Positions 26,140 through 38,929 of a stretch of DNA of 64,000 bases are shown here, one piece after another. The notes under the pieces were generated by a model. That model worked only from the letters and a program-made list of their open reading frames with translations. It ran no database searches and was not told the DNA's origin. Source of the stretch: Octopus vulgaris (lineage: Eukaryota); the NCBI GenBank assembly GCA_951406725.2, contig OX597820.1, positions 7,502,001-7,566,000 on the forward strand. The letters are read 5' to 3'. Within the stretch, counting starts at the first letter, position 1, and the number at the start of each line of letters is the position of its first letter. The translations under genes and the position numbers were made by a program.

Positions 26140-26392
26140 TGCCAGAGACGGGCCTACAATTCCAGTCTGTTCTATATTTTGAGTACTGTTATCACTAGCG
26201 ATATCAAGATATAACTTGGACTCCACCTGTACTTGCTTGAAATGAATCATTCCTGAGAGTATGAGACCTTCAGGCCATTTGAAATCACTCTTAAGGAATA
26301 TGGTCACGTGGTGTTCCAGATTCATGAGGATTTCTTTAATTCTTGTGAGGCAATCTTCAAACATGCCTATGTGATTTGGAGCATCCGGGTGC
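26140..26392 (-). mobile_element. CR1-like APE endonuclease fragment
   Basis: HPDAPNHIGMFEDCLTRIKEILMNL..HVTIFLKSDFKWPEG resembles the YRPP...LLGDFN..W region. Confidence 0.6.
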
Positions 26393-26475
26393 AATATGTA
26401 TATATATATATAGATGTATATAGATATATACATATATATATACACACATATATATATACACATATATATGTATAC

Positions 26476-26558
26476 ACAATCCCAGAGCCTAAGTCTGTGA
26501 GGGACCTGGGTATCGACATGAGTGAGGATACCTCTTTCCAAATGCACATTACCAGGAT
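26476..26558 (+). mobile_element. CR1 RT domain-7 fragment
   Basis: TIPEPKSVRDLGIDMSEDTSFQMHI (RDLG motif). Confidence 0.7.
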
Positions 26559-26752
26559 GTGTGTGTTTGTGTGTGCATGTGTGCGTTTGTGTGTGCATGT
26601 GTGTGAGTGTCCTCAAGAAGTGTGTTTTGTCCATATTTGAATGTGTGTGCTTTCATTAGTCATTTGTTTGCGTGTGTCTTTGTATGTAAGTACACCTCTT
26701 GGTTTAATCTCGTCTGCGCGCCGATAATTACGTAAGTTCGTGTCCTCCCCAC

Positions 26753-26830
<78 letters not shown>

Positions 26831-27263
26831 TACATGTTTCTATGCATATGTATATATATATATATGTGTGTGTGTGAGTGTGTGTGTCTGTGTATGTATG
26901 TATGCGTGTATACATGTATGTATATGTGTGTACATGTGTGTGTCTATGTATTCATTTCTGGGTATATATGTTTTACAGCTAGTGTGTACGCTTGTATAAA
27001 ATTGTATTTCTATCGCTGTATATACGTATGTATTTTCATACATAATGTATGGTGGATACTTATATATTATGTGTATGTGTGTGTGTGTGTGTTTATGTAT
27101 GTATGTATATGTGTGTGTACTTGTATGTATTTGTATATATGTATGTGTGAGTGTGTACATATACATACATGCATACATATCTACCTGCCAGCACACACAC
27201 GTATATAATGTTATTTTTGTCTGTTTATGTGCGAATATGTGTACTTGTGTGTGTATCTATTTA

Positions 27264-27385
27264 TCTTTATATATAAAACCGAGAATGTGTGTCTGTCTGT
27301 ATGAATCCCTAAAACTTGGGAACTACACAACCAATGTCATTCAAATTTTACACATGCCTAACTTAGGGTCCATGTAGTGCCATGG
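27264..27385 (+). mobile_element. Non-autonomous Helitron-like 5' end, copy 2
   Basis: A|TC start, TCTTTATATATAAAACCGAGAATGTGTGTCTGTCTG; collinear with 25321 copy. Confidence 0.65.
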
Positions 27386-27517
27386 GCTCGCTCTGGGCGC
27401 CATTGGGGCGACTGTACACCGCTACCGGCCCACAGTCGACGCTATGGCGGGGTTGGGTTGGGTTGGGTTGGGTTGGTAGTTGTATACAGTCTCCCTAATG
27501 TCGCCCAGAGCAAGCTC
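27384..27517. repeat. GC-rich foldback (34-bp+ inverted arms) enclosing (GGGTT)n
   Basis: GCTCGCTCTGGGCGCCATTGGGGCGACTGTACAC versus reverse complement of GTATACAGTCTCCCTAATGTCGCCCAGAGCAAGC, 5 mismatches. Confidence 0.85.
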
Positions 27518-28127
27518 CGGTCGCCGTTGCGTCGACTTTGCAAATTAAATATAATTTTGAGATACGTGGAATGTCAAAGCTGCTATCAAAAACAGGACAG
27601 TGAAAAATTTCGGTAAGGACTGTTTAACCCTAACGTGGTGAAGTGGTGAACGCTGGAGTAAAAAAGCTTTGTCAAGAGACAGACAAGAATGCGTGTTATT
27701 GTTATAAACTGAACGAGAAGAAAAAGAATTACATTTAGAAATAGAAATCTATAATCATTGAGGACAGAATTTGAGTTAGAAATAGAGAACTATAAATATT
27801 GTATTATGCATAAAGTGGTGGCTTACATTCGAGGCTTCCAATTTCTCAGTAAAATATAAGATAGTCGCAAAATCATCGCACATGTCACCATCGATTACAA
27901 ACACCGGTGGAAGATAAAAGTTCCAGCGGACATTCTTGTTCTTTCGTTTGTACAAGGATCGTATTATGTTTCGGTTTAAAATAAATTATAGATACAAATA
28001 TAATGTATAGATATATATATAAAAACCAGAATAGAAAATAAACGTCTTAAGCATATAAAATGAGATAGCATGAGATATCAAGGTGTTATAAACTTGAAAC
28101 CTACTGGAATATCATAGATTATATATA

Positions 28128-29800
28128 TCAAATCATCCAATCAGTCCTGTGCAATTTTACCCTTGTTTTAGATTTGAATGAAATTTAATAGTATTTTCAA
28201 ATGTCTAATTCAATTAAAAATTATTTTTATGTGTTTGTGTACGTTTAAACTAAATTACTATTGTTTTACAAAATAATAGAGGGTGTCCACAAAGTCTGCG
28301 TACATGGGGATTAACACATACTCTTAAAACAAACCAATTTTATTTAATTATAATGTTAATAAATAATATTTTCAAAGTGATTTCCATCATTTTTCAATGC
28401 ATAACTTGATGCGCCTTGCAAAATTCAGGTGAACTTGATTAAATAAGTCTACATTGCCATCAATTTCAGCACACTGGCTGGTAATGCGTTCTCTCATTTT
28501 TTTTATATCTGTAATCTTTATTGTAATCTTTCTTTTTCAACATACCCCAGAAAAAGAAATCAAGGGGAGAAAGGTCTGCTGAACGAGGGGACCTTTCCAT
28601 ATGAGCCCTTCTTCCAATCCAGTGAGGAAAAGTGTCATTAAGCCAATCTCTAACAGTTGTGGCAAAATGGGTAGGGGCCCCATCCTGCTGAAACCAATTC
28701 GGAAGGCCCTCGCCTAGGCGCTCAATTTGAGATATTAATTTGTCTCTCAATATGTTTACATAAGTCTCATCCGTTACATGTTCAATGAAGAAGGATCCTA
28801 GAACATGAGCTTTCCACAAACCACACCACACCATCACCTTTTGCTGCCTTGCTGTTTGGATGGATCCATCCAATGTGGATTACCTCGAGACCAGTATAGC
28901 AGATTCTGTCTGTTGACCTCACCATTTACATAAAACGTAGCTTTATCACTGAACAACAAAGTTTTTCGTAAAATTGATATTTTCATCCAATTTATCTGAA
29001 AACCATTCGCACGTCTACATTCGTCTATCAGGGTCGTCTTAATTTCAGTGATGCAATATCTGTAGGTTGTATCGATGAAACCTTTCCTCAACCAGCATTT
29101 TGTGGATGGTTGGTTTTGGAACACCTAACACCGTGGATGTCCGACGAAGTGATTTCTTTGGGCTAGCAGAAACTTTAGACATGACAGCCTCTTTCGTTTC
29201 ACCCGAAGTCTTTGGTCGCCCGGAATGGGGTTTATCCAAAACACTGCCTGTTTGTTTAAATTTCTTGATCAATTTCCCGACGTCAGTAAAAAAAAATAGG
29301 TTACCTATAAGGGTGTCGAAGATGAAATTCTTCCGCAATTTTGTGATAAGACCATCCCTCTCGTGCACTTAATAATACTAACTCGATTCTTTCTTCTTTA
29401 GACAGATCCATCATTCGATCTGGGATTCTTTCTTCTTTAGACAGAGACATCATTAGATGATCTGTAGAAAAAATAACAAATAAATTTAGAAAAGTAAAGT
29501 ATTTTTTTAATTTAATTTAAACAAAAGTAAAAATGGAAAATTATTATTTCTTATATTTGTTTATGTTATGATTTTATTGCATGTACCCAGACTTCGTGGA
29601 CACCCTAAAATTGCTTTGATTACAACCCTTTCAACATGGAAGTATCCAAGGAGCATTTAAGGCACATATAATTATTTATGAGTACAATAAAGGTAACTCT
29701 GCAGCCGAAGCGACTCGAAACATACACTCAGTTTATGGGAAAGTGCTTGAATGAAAGAACTTGCAGGAGATCGTTTGCAAAACTGAAGATGAAGATCGAA
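28128..29800 (+). mobile_element. 5' part of a mariner (same family as 30891-32028), split by the 28279-29607 insertion; pieces about 28128-28220 and 29607-29800
   Basis: TA|TCAAATCATCCAATCAGTCCTGTG matches the TIR; CAGCCGAAGCGACTC.AAACATACACTCAGTTTATGGGAAA..GCTTGAATGAAA shared with reverse complement of 31740-31935. Confidence 0.75.
28279..29607 (-). mobile_element. Tc1/mariner superfamily transposon, DD41D (rosa/Visitor)-type, near full length, frameshifted
   Basis: TIRs AGGGTGTCCACAAAGTCTGCGTACATG / CATGTACCCAGACTTCGTGGACACCCT; motifs KFKQTGSVLDKPHSGRPKT, FSDKATFYVNGEVNRQN, WFQQDGAPTH, SPRSADLSPLDFFFWG (40 residues between the 2nd and 3rd D in this copy). Confidence 0.9.
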
Positions 29801-30041
29801 TATATATATATATATATATACGTTTTTATGTGTAACTATATGTATATATGTACAAAAACAGGTATTTCGCTAAATGCAATTGTTTCCGTAATAATTTGAT
29901 CTTCACTTGTGACACCTGATGCCTGCCCTACTTAATCACGGTGTTTATTTGTCCAAAAATATTTTTAGACGCTAAATGTTTTTTTCTGCCTATTTATCCA
30001 TGAATATATGTGAGTGAGTGTATATATATATGTGAGCGCGC

Positions 30042-30076
<35 letters not shown>

Positions 30077-30080
30077 GAGT

Positions 30081-30437
<357 letters not shown>

Positions 30438-30890
30438 GTGTTCTTTGCCCTACTTTAATTCAGTTAATTTGTGCCAGCCTGCTGCCTGGTAACAGTGTTG
30501 TGAAGGAAAGTATCTCATTTTGTTTGTCATGCATTAAATCTTTAGAAGGGCCTTCTTTTAATTGCCCCCTTTGTAGCGTGTGAATTAAGGAATTGCATTT
30601 TGTTCCTAGGAAACCATGTTCGGCCATAGTTTGCTTCCACCAGACTTGTACATAACTCGTTGCTCCAATAATGTCTATGCCGCTTCCTGTGGAATCTAGA
30701 CAGATGTGGTAAGAATGTTGCGATTGTGTTCCGAACCCAAAGACAAATGCCTCAGCGGCATACGATTGAGTGCGTTTAAATTAATTTTTGTAACATGTGA
30801 ATAAAATTTCTCAGGGACGCATTCTTTATGATGAGAATAGTTAGGCGGGTGCTTCCTTACTAAAAGAGGTGAGCCAAATGATTTTAATTA

Positions 30891-32028
30891 TCAGGTCATC
30901 CCATAAGTTCTGTCCGAATTATGAATAAAGAAAACAAGTGAACAAATATTATGTTTAATTGAAATGTAATCATCAATGTACTTTCCATGATTATCTATGA
31001 GTTCCTTCCATCTATTTACAAGCTTCTTAATCCCATCAATGTAAAACTCTTTTGGTTTCAAAGCAAAGAACTCTGAAATGTCAGTTCCGACCTTCACCTG
31101 GCTTGCGAAAGTTATGTCCACCAAATGATTCTGTAAACTACGAATCAAATGGTAGCCTGAAGGAACAATTTCGGTAGAATAAGGTGGATGATGTGATCTT
31201 TGCCGTGTGGGGTCACGCATTGTCCTGATGAAACATCACTCCTCTTCAATTCACTAAAGCGCTTTTTTTTCTTCCTTCGAAGCTTGATTCAGATGCTCTA
31301 ATTTCTGACAGCAGACTTGAGCATTGATTGTTGCATTAAGTAGTAACAATTCAAAGTGGATTACTCCTTTGTAATCCTACCAGATAGAGGTTGTGTTTGA
31401 GTCTTTTCCCTTTTACCAATCCACTGTTTACGGCGTTAAACATTTCGATATAAGATCCATTTTTGTCACCAGCCACAAGTCTATCCAAAAATGGTGAAAG
31501 GAGTTCGCGAGAATGGAGAGAAGAGCAGATGTCAACTCGGGATTTGCGTTTGCTTTCGGACAATTCATGAGGTATCCATTTTCCAAGTTTAGGAACCTTT
31601 CCAAGTTGTTGAAGATGACGATGAACGGTTGTATGGTTTGAACTACGCTTTATTGCCAATTCTTCAACTGATAATGCAGGATTTTCTTCAAGAAATGTCT
31701 CAAGGAGCTTATCATGAAACTCAACTGGACGTCCTGTTCGGTCTTCATTTTCAAGGCTGAAATCTCTACTTCTGAATTTTGCAAACCATTTTTTGCAAGT
31801 GTTTTCATTCAAGCATTTTTTCCCATAAACTGAGTGTATGTTTGGAGTCGCTTCGGCTGTAGAATTTCTTTTTTCGTACACATAAAGCATTATGAGCCTC
31901 AAATGGCCATGTTAGAAAGGGATTTAATCAAAGAAATTTTAATTCTATTAGACATTCTAAAATATTTTTAAATTTCATATTCAATTTTAAAAAAGGTAAA
32001 ATCAGACAGAACTTATAGGATGACCTGA
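30891..32028 (-). mobile_element. Mariner (DD34D-type) transposon, both TIRs and TA TSD, inactivated transposase
   Basis: TIRs TCAGGTCATCCCATAAGTTCTGTC / GACAGAACTTATAGGATGACCTGA flanked by TA; KWFAKFRS.DFSLENEDRTGRP, GKWIPHEL, HPPYSTEIVPSGYHL, GIKKLVNRWKELIDNHGKYI. Confidence 0.95.
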
Positions 32029-32324
32029 TATTTTAACGAATACAAAAGTTTCTAATTAAATATAAATTAATATTCATTGGAATTAAATGCTCTCCCTCTC
32101 TTTCTCTCTCTCTCTCTTTCTCTCTGTCTCCCTCTCTTACTCTCTCATCTCGATGCCCTTTCTACAATCTGCTTCAGAGACGAATAGATTTGTTCCACCT
32201 TCGTTCACGCATTTCCCATTTACTCATCTATTTTATATTTATTTTGTTTATCCGCATAATTGTATTTCTCTCTCTCTCACTCTCTCACTCTCTTTATGTG
32301 TGTATATGCATATATATATATATA

Positions 32325-32509
32325 GGGAGAGTTTACGAAAAAAACAAAAGACGAAGACAGGTGGTGTACAAAACAAACAGATGTATTAGTATAAAGCTCA
32401 GGAATAGAAAAAAGTCTTTTACGTTTCGAGCCTACGCTCTTCTACAGAAAGGGACACAGAAAAAACAAGGAGAGAAAAAAATGTGTGTAGGAACTAACGA
32501 TCTATCATG
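32325..32509 (-). mobile_element. Putative Penelope-like terminal-repeat (pLTR) remnant with hammerhead motif
   Basis: 185-bp unique segment between (TA)n and (GA)n carrying CUUU-CUGUAGA-A-GAGC-GUAG-GCUC-GAAAC-GUA-AAAG. Confidence 0.68.
32416..32451 (-). ncRNA. Minimal type I hammerhead ribozyme-like motif (core variant CUGUAGA)
   Basis: Helix I CUUU/AAAG, helix II GAGC/GCUC, GAAA box, palindromic ACGU helix III, GUA cleavage triplet. Confidence 0.65.
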
Positions 32510-33387
32510 AGAGAGAGAGCGAGGGGGGAGGAAGAGACATACATATATACAGCATACATACGACATACATACATACATACATACATACATACATACATAC
32601 ATACATACATACATACATACATACATACATAATACGTATGTACGTACATGCAGTCATATGGGTTGTCTTTTAAAACTCTTGTTGCAGTCTCTCTTTTCTG
32701 TGCTAGATTTTAATGAACAAAATGGTGGCGAAAGCCGAAAACCCAGAAGGCATCATATTAACTAAGAATAAATAAAGAATCGAAAGCGGTGAAATAATTC
32801 CAGCTGCCTCAGTTGAAGCAAAAAAAAAAATAATAGTATTTGTCCCTAAGAACCTGATCCGTTTGGTAAGGAGTCATCACAGTATTATAAATAAGGCACA
32901 GCACGTGTAATAAGAAATTACTGTTGGTTTAATCGAACCATATGGTGAAAAACTTTTCAAGAATCGAACTAGATGTAATATAAGGAGTTCTGACGATTGT
33001 GAAACGATGAATGCGAGACTGAGTTAAAGAAATATCGGAATATCACACTTTCTGTGGAAAGAGATGTGATGGAAATAATTTTCGACTTAAAAACAGTTTC
33101 TTGTTACTTTTGTTATTCCGACTCGGTATTCTCTTTCATACCAGTTGACCAGCGCAACAACACAATAGATCAGTTATGAATAACAACAAATGATAAATAA
33201 ATAAATAATTCTACTCCATGTCGAAACTATATTGCTTTCGTTCATACACTCAAATGTAGACACACACACACTTTCACACACTTTCACACACATATAATAC
33301 AGAGAGAGAGAGAGAGAGAAATAGATTTAACATGCATAGATACAAAGTGCTTTATTTTTGTGCGCGCGTGTATATATATATATATAA

Positions 33388-33453
<66 letters not shown>

Positions 33454-34315
33454 GTGTGTGTGTTTATATGTAATATGTCTATGTATGTATATATAAGATG
33501 TTGAGTATAGAGAGGGGGATGATCACTAGAGAAAGAAATGACAACAAATCCGCCCCAGGCAGGAAAAAAAAACTGCAATGAATATAGTCCCACATGTGTA
33601 CAAATACATACACGCACATATTTGTACACGTACATATATCTGCGCAAATGTATGTCTATGCGTATACGTGTATGTGTGTGTGTGTGTGTGTGTGTTTGTG
33701 TGTGTGGTAGGGTTAGCTCAGGAGAAGTATTGAATTATCTATGAATCTTCATATCTACCTAACACAATATGCTGACGTTAATATAATTACTGACAGAAAT
33801 AAGGTCTATTTTCCACACACTCTTCTTTCTGTCAGATTTCGTTAGAAATATCGCAAAAGATTCTCTATTGAGAACACTGTAATTATCTCTTTTCGCCGTT
33901 TATTCATAACAGCGAGATTGCGTGCGAGGCGGAGATAAAGTCTTTACATCAGTAAACGAGTCTTTGCCATGAAACTACTCCAACTCAGCCGAGAAATCAT
34001 ATTGGGCGTCTACGAATACACAATACCTGCAATTTTCGGGTTATTAAGCTGATTTATAAAGGCCTATCTTTTTTTATCTCGCAACGTGAGTCGTTTTATT
34101 TCACGAATTCTCGATACGATTTGTTAACATTTACCAAACATGATACACGAACGAGTTGGAAATATTTTTGCAAGCTTTACAAAATGTTTCGACGTTTGAT
34201 TAACGGCTGCCATATTTGGTTCACTGAACATTTCGCAATGAACGATCACGCTTACTGGTCATCTGCCTTATCTTTCTACCATCTACATGATCCTTCCGCT
34301 GTTGCTGTTCTTGTT

Positions 34316-34348
<33 letters not shown>

Positions 34349-34874
34349 CCCTATCAAATCCCAGCTTACCATCTTAAATAATGACACATTGAGATAATAA
34401 GCACAATACTTTTACAAAAAAACACGGCATCCTAAATAGAGAATTCTTTAAAACAAAATGGCTAGATGATCACGGTCCGAATGTCATTTGATCATACTTC
34501 TACCTGGTCAGTGTTAACCTTGGGTTAAACACGACTAATAACATTATATTAGACGCGATGACCTGCAATTTCGGATCAGAAAGAGATGTAGGGTCAGTGT
34601 TTGGGCATTTAAATATTCTTTCTATTGTTTTGTTGCAGTTGTTGGTACTATCAGAGAAATCCGGGATACGAATTTCATTCTATTTGTATAATGCCTCTGT
34701 CCAGCTAAACCATACTGCTCACCCGAGCAGGGTGCGATGAATGGAGTGTCACCTGACAGATTAGACAGTTACACTGTCTCGGTAGCCTGGGGTTTTCTGC
34801 TCACCCGGAAGTGCTTCTGTAATTCTTGTCGGAAGAGGTGAATAGCATGGGATGCAGCATCATAGAACGGACAT

Positions 34875-35029
34875 TTCTCTCTCTCTTTTTTTCTCTCTCT
34901 TTCTCACTCTCCCTCTCTCTCTCTCTCTCTGTCACTTTCTTTTTCTCTCTCTTTCGCCCTCTCCCTCCTTCTCTCTCTCTTTTTCTCTCTCTCCCTGTCA
35001 CTTTCTTTTTCTCTCTCTTTCTCTCACTT

Positions 35030-35060
<31 letters not shown>

Positions 35061-35340
35061 GTCACTTTCTTTTCCTCTGTCTTTCTCTCTCTCTCCCTCT
35101 CCCTCTCTCTCTCCCTCTCCCTCTCTCTCTTTCTCTCTCTGTGTATCTCTCTCACTTTCTCTCTCTCTCTGTCTGTCTCTCTCTCCCTCTCTCTCTTTCT
35201 CTCTCTCTATGTCTCTCTATCTTTCTCTCTCTCTGTCTGTCTCTCTCTCCATCTCCCTCCCTATCTTTCTATTTCTCTCTCTCTCACTCTCTCTCTCTCT
35301 CTATTTCTCTCTCTCTATTTCTCTCTCTCTCTTTCTCAAT
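34875..35340. repeat. (CT)n-rich polypyrimidine tract with repeated CTGTCACTTTCTTTT motif
   Basis: Direct inspection. Confidence 0.9.
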
Positions 35341-35574
35341 TATCCACTCTGTTTCTCTACGTCCGTAGATAAAGGTCACTCCAGCATAGAGGGACAAATG
35401 GATAAGAACTGTAACGCAACAGTCGCAAAGTGTTTCACTCTCTCACCCCCCCCCCCCAACAGCCTACTCTCAGCTACGTCCACCTCCACAACTGCCAGCC
35501 CCCACCTCACTTCATTTACCATCTATGACGGCAAAAACTTCTGATTTGAATGAATATCCTGATCACCACAAAAT

Positions 35575-35745
35575 ACCATCACCATCATCATCATCATCAT
35601 TATCCTCATCATTATCCTCATCATCATCAGCAGCAGTAGCATTGTAACTATCATCATCACTTAAACCATCATTATATTCATCGTCGTCGTCATCATCATC
35701 AACAACATCATCATCATCATCATCATCACCACCACCACCACCACG

Positions 35746-35776
<31 letters not shown>

Positions 35777-35793
35777 CCACCACCACCACCACG

Positions 35794-35833
<40 letters not shown>

Positions 35834-35835
35834 CC

Positions 35836-35923
<88 letters not shown>

Positions 35924-35925
35924 CC

Positions 35926-35959
<34 letters not shown>

Positions 35960-36305
35960 TCACCACCACCACCACCACGATCATCATCATCATCATCATC
36001 ATCACCACCACCACCACCACGATCATCATCATCATCATCATCATCACCACCACCACCACCACGATCATCATCATCATCATCATCATCACCACCACCACCA
36101 CGATCATCATCATCATCATCATCATCATCACCACCACCACCACCACGATCATCATCATCATCATCACCACCACCACCACCATCATCAACAACATCATCAT
36201 CATCATCATCATCATCATTATCCTCATCACCATCAGCAACAGTAGCTGTAGCATTGTTACTATCATCATCACTTAAACCATCATCATCATCATCACCACC
36301 ATCAA
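35575..36305. repeat. Higher-order trinucleotide array [(ATC)n(ACC)n(ACG)] with duplicated unique flank
   Basis: About 11 alternating ATC/ACC blocks; ATTATCCTCA..CAGCA.CAGTAGC..ATTGT.ACTATCATCATCACTTAAACCATCAT at 35611-35672 and 36217-36284. Confidence 0.9.
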
Positions 36306-36769
36306 CGCCATCGATTCCCAAGACATTTTCCCAGCAGAAAATGTTTTAATTCATATTACACAAAATTTAGAAATACATTATATCGATTTATTATTTTTTT
36401 CTTAATATTCTTCATAAGCTTGGAGCGGAGTGGGGGTGGGGGGGTGTTGTACATTTGAAATTCTTACCAAATTAAGGAAATCTGAGATGGATGTATTTAG
36501 GATTGTAAAAATTGTCTTCGATATATGAGAATGATGTCTTGGAACGATATTCATCGTTTTAGTATTTTAATGTCTATTTCTTTCCGAAAGGCTGGCAGAA
36601 AAACCGAAATTGCAATTATCAGCTTGCATCAAAGATCCTTTTAGCTGTGCGCTATTTTCAGACAAATCGTGCATTTTGGAGATATCGTGTTAACGGGATC
36701 CGTGGAAAATAGATTCCTCAACGATCTCTTGGAAAAATAAAATATTAAGAAATATTAAGATATCTGTAT

Positions 36770-36950
<181 letters not shown>

Positions 36951-37121
36951 ATATGTACGAGTTTATATATGTATATACATATATACACAAATAAATGCAT
37001 TTGTATGCTCATATCCTCCAGAATATACAGAAAAATCAATAGAATTATATATATATATGTGCATACACAAACATATATATATGAGTATGTATATCTCCAA
37101 CAATACATATAACATATTATA

Positions 37122-37158
<37 letters not shown>

Positions 37159-37226
37159 GCATATATAGCGTAGGAATATATGCTTACGTATGTCGTATAT
37201 CTGTATGCACGTAAATGTTATATATG

Positions 37227-37261
<35 letters not shown>

Positions 37262-38060
37262 ATTCGCGCATATTTATAAATAGGTTGATCACTTCTAACA
37301 TAGATATACTCACACATACATATATATAAGTTTACGTATATATACATATATTATATATATATATGTATATATCAATACACACACGTGCACACACACACAC
37401 ACATACACACACACACAGAGAATGAACGGTGTACCCGCTGTTACATTATGCGAATTATTTTCGAAGTAGAGTTGGAGAATGTACATTGTCATTCCCTCGC
37501 TAAAATCTAATGCCTTGTAAAAAGATAAAGAGTTTTTCTCTCGTAACCATTTGCAACTAGGAAATGTCTTAATTATTATGACCATTTCTTCAGATTCAGA
37601 AAATGAGCCGTCTCAGATTTCATTTCCTTTCAGATAAACTAACAACAAATTGCTGAAAAACACCAGCTACAATCCACTCATGCCATTACCTATGGTCTAA
37701 GTTTGGGACGATGTATTAAAGAATGGAGTTTCGTGTTGTTTTAAATCAGATATGTTTGAAGTGGTCTATTCAAAAAACAACAGCTTTACATTCAGAGCTG
37801 GCTACTAGGGTATCAATAAGTTATCACATTAATTAATTGAATTAACAGGCAACATCCTTAGAAACACAGCCTATCCTTTGTAAAAGAGAAAATATGTTTG
37901 CCCGACATTATTGAGTCTGAACACAACTGGACACAAGTAGATCCTCTTTTTTTAAGCGTTTTACACTTACTCGGGCTTAGATTTATTCTAATATCCAACA
38001 ACAACGTCTACACTATTTCCCAGTTGTTTTCAGACGAGATTTAAAGAATGTTATGTTTTT

Positions 38061-38265
38061 AAGGTGGCCAGCTCGCCGAATCGCTAGCACGTCGCATAAA
38101 ATGCTGAGTGGCATATCTTCCAGATGTGTACGTTCTGAGTTCAAATCCTGCTGAAGTTATCTTCGTCATATTTCTTTTCCGTGTGAATAAAATAAAAATA
38201 CCAATGAAGTGCCAGAATCGATGAAATCGATTTGGTCTCTGCCCATCAAAAGTGCAGGTTTTGAA
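38061..38265 (+). mobile_element. Decayed family A SINE
   Basis: AAGGTGGCCAGCTCGCCGAATCGCTAGCACG, CGTTCTGAGTTCAAATCC. Confidence 0.65.
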
Positions 38266-38929
38266 CCCCGCAACGGATCGGCGTACGGATCAGGAACAAT
38301 GCTGTGTTGTGGGTCACTGATCCACAGGGAAACCGAGTAATTGGTTTCCCTGGTGGATCAGTAATTCCAATGTTCCAGAAAACCTAGTAATTCCAATGTT
38401 CTAGAAGAATAAAAGAACATATTTTTCCTCTCCAACAAATTTGATTACAATGACGCCTTATGGCTCCCCACCCCCTGCAGATGTAAAAGACTTAACAGAT
38501 TGACCCCATAGTTTGAGGGTGAAGACATCATTTGTCTTTTGTTTAAAACTATTTCCTTTTAGGTAGGTGTCATTACTAGAAGTCACTCTATCACCATCCT
38601 TCGTTCATCTCACCATTCTCTTAGACACTGATGAATGTAATGGTCAATGTAACTAACTCCTAAAACGGCGTCGGCCCCAACTGAAGCAACTCATGTTCAA
38701 ATCGAATGCAATTCTGTATCATGCTTGGATTTTAGGACCACCTTTTTCATCAGTATATATATATTTCTTGTTAAGATTGTACGGATTGTGAGTTGAGAAA
38801 ACAGTGGCTATTGTTTTTTAGCACAATGAACAACCATATAGAACACCTCTCTTCCAATTGAATTTGAAAATAATTAATTGAAGATAATTACTTATGGAAA
38901 ATGATTTATTCTGTTTTAAGGTAAAATAA

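Noticed and set aside
34826-35544. 180-230 aa Ser/Leu-rich ORFs
   Set aside because: Translation of a (CT)n tract
35563-36321. 252-aa Asp/Gly-rich ORF as a CDS
   Set aside because: Explained by a trinucleotide array; non-ATG start and no supporting gene structure; kept only as a low-interest finding
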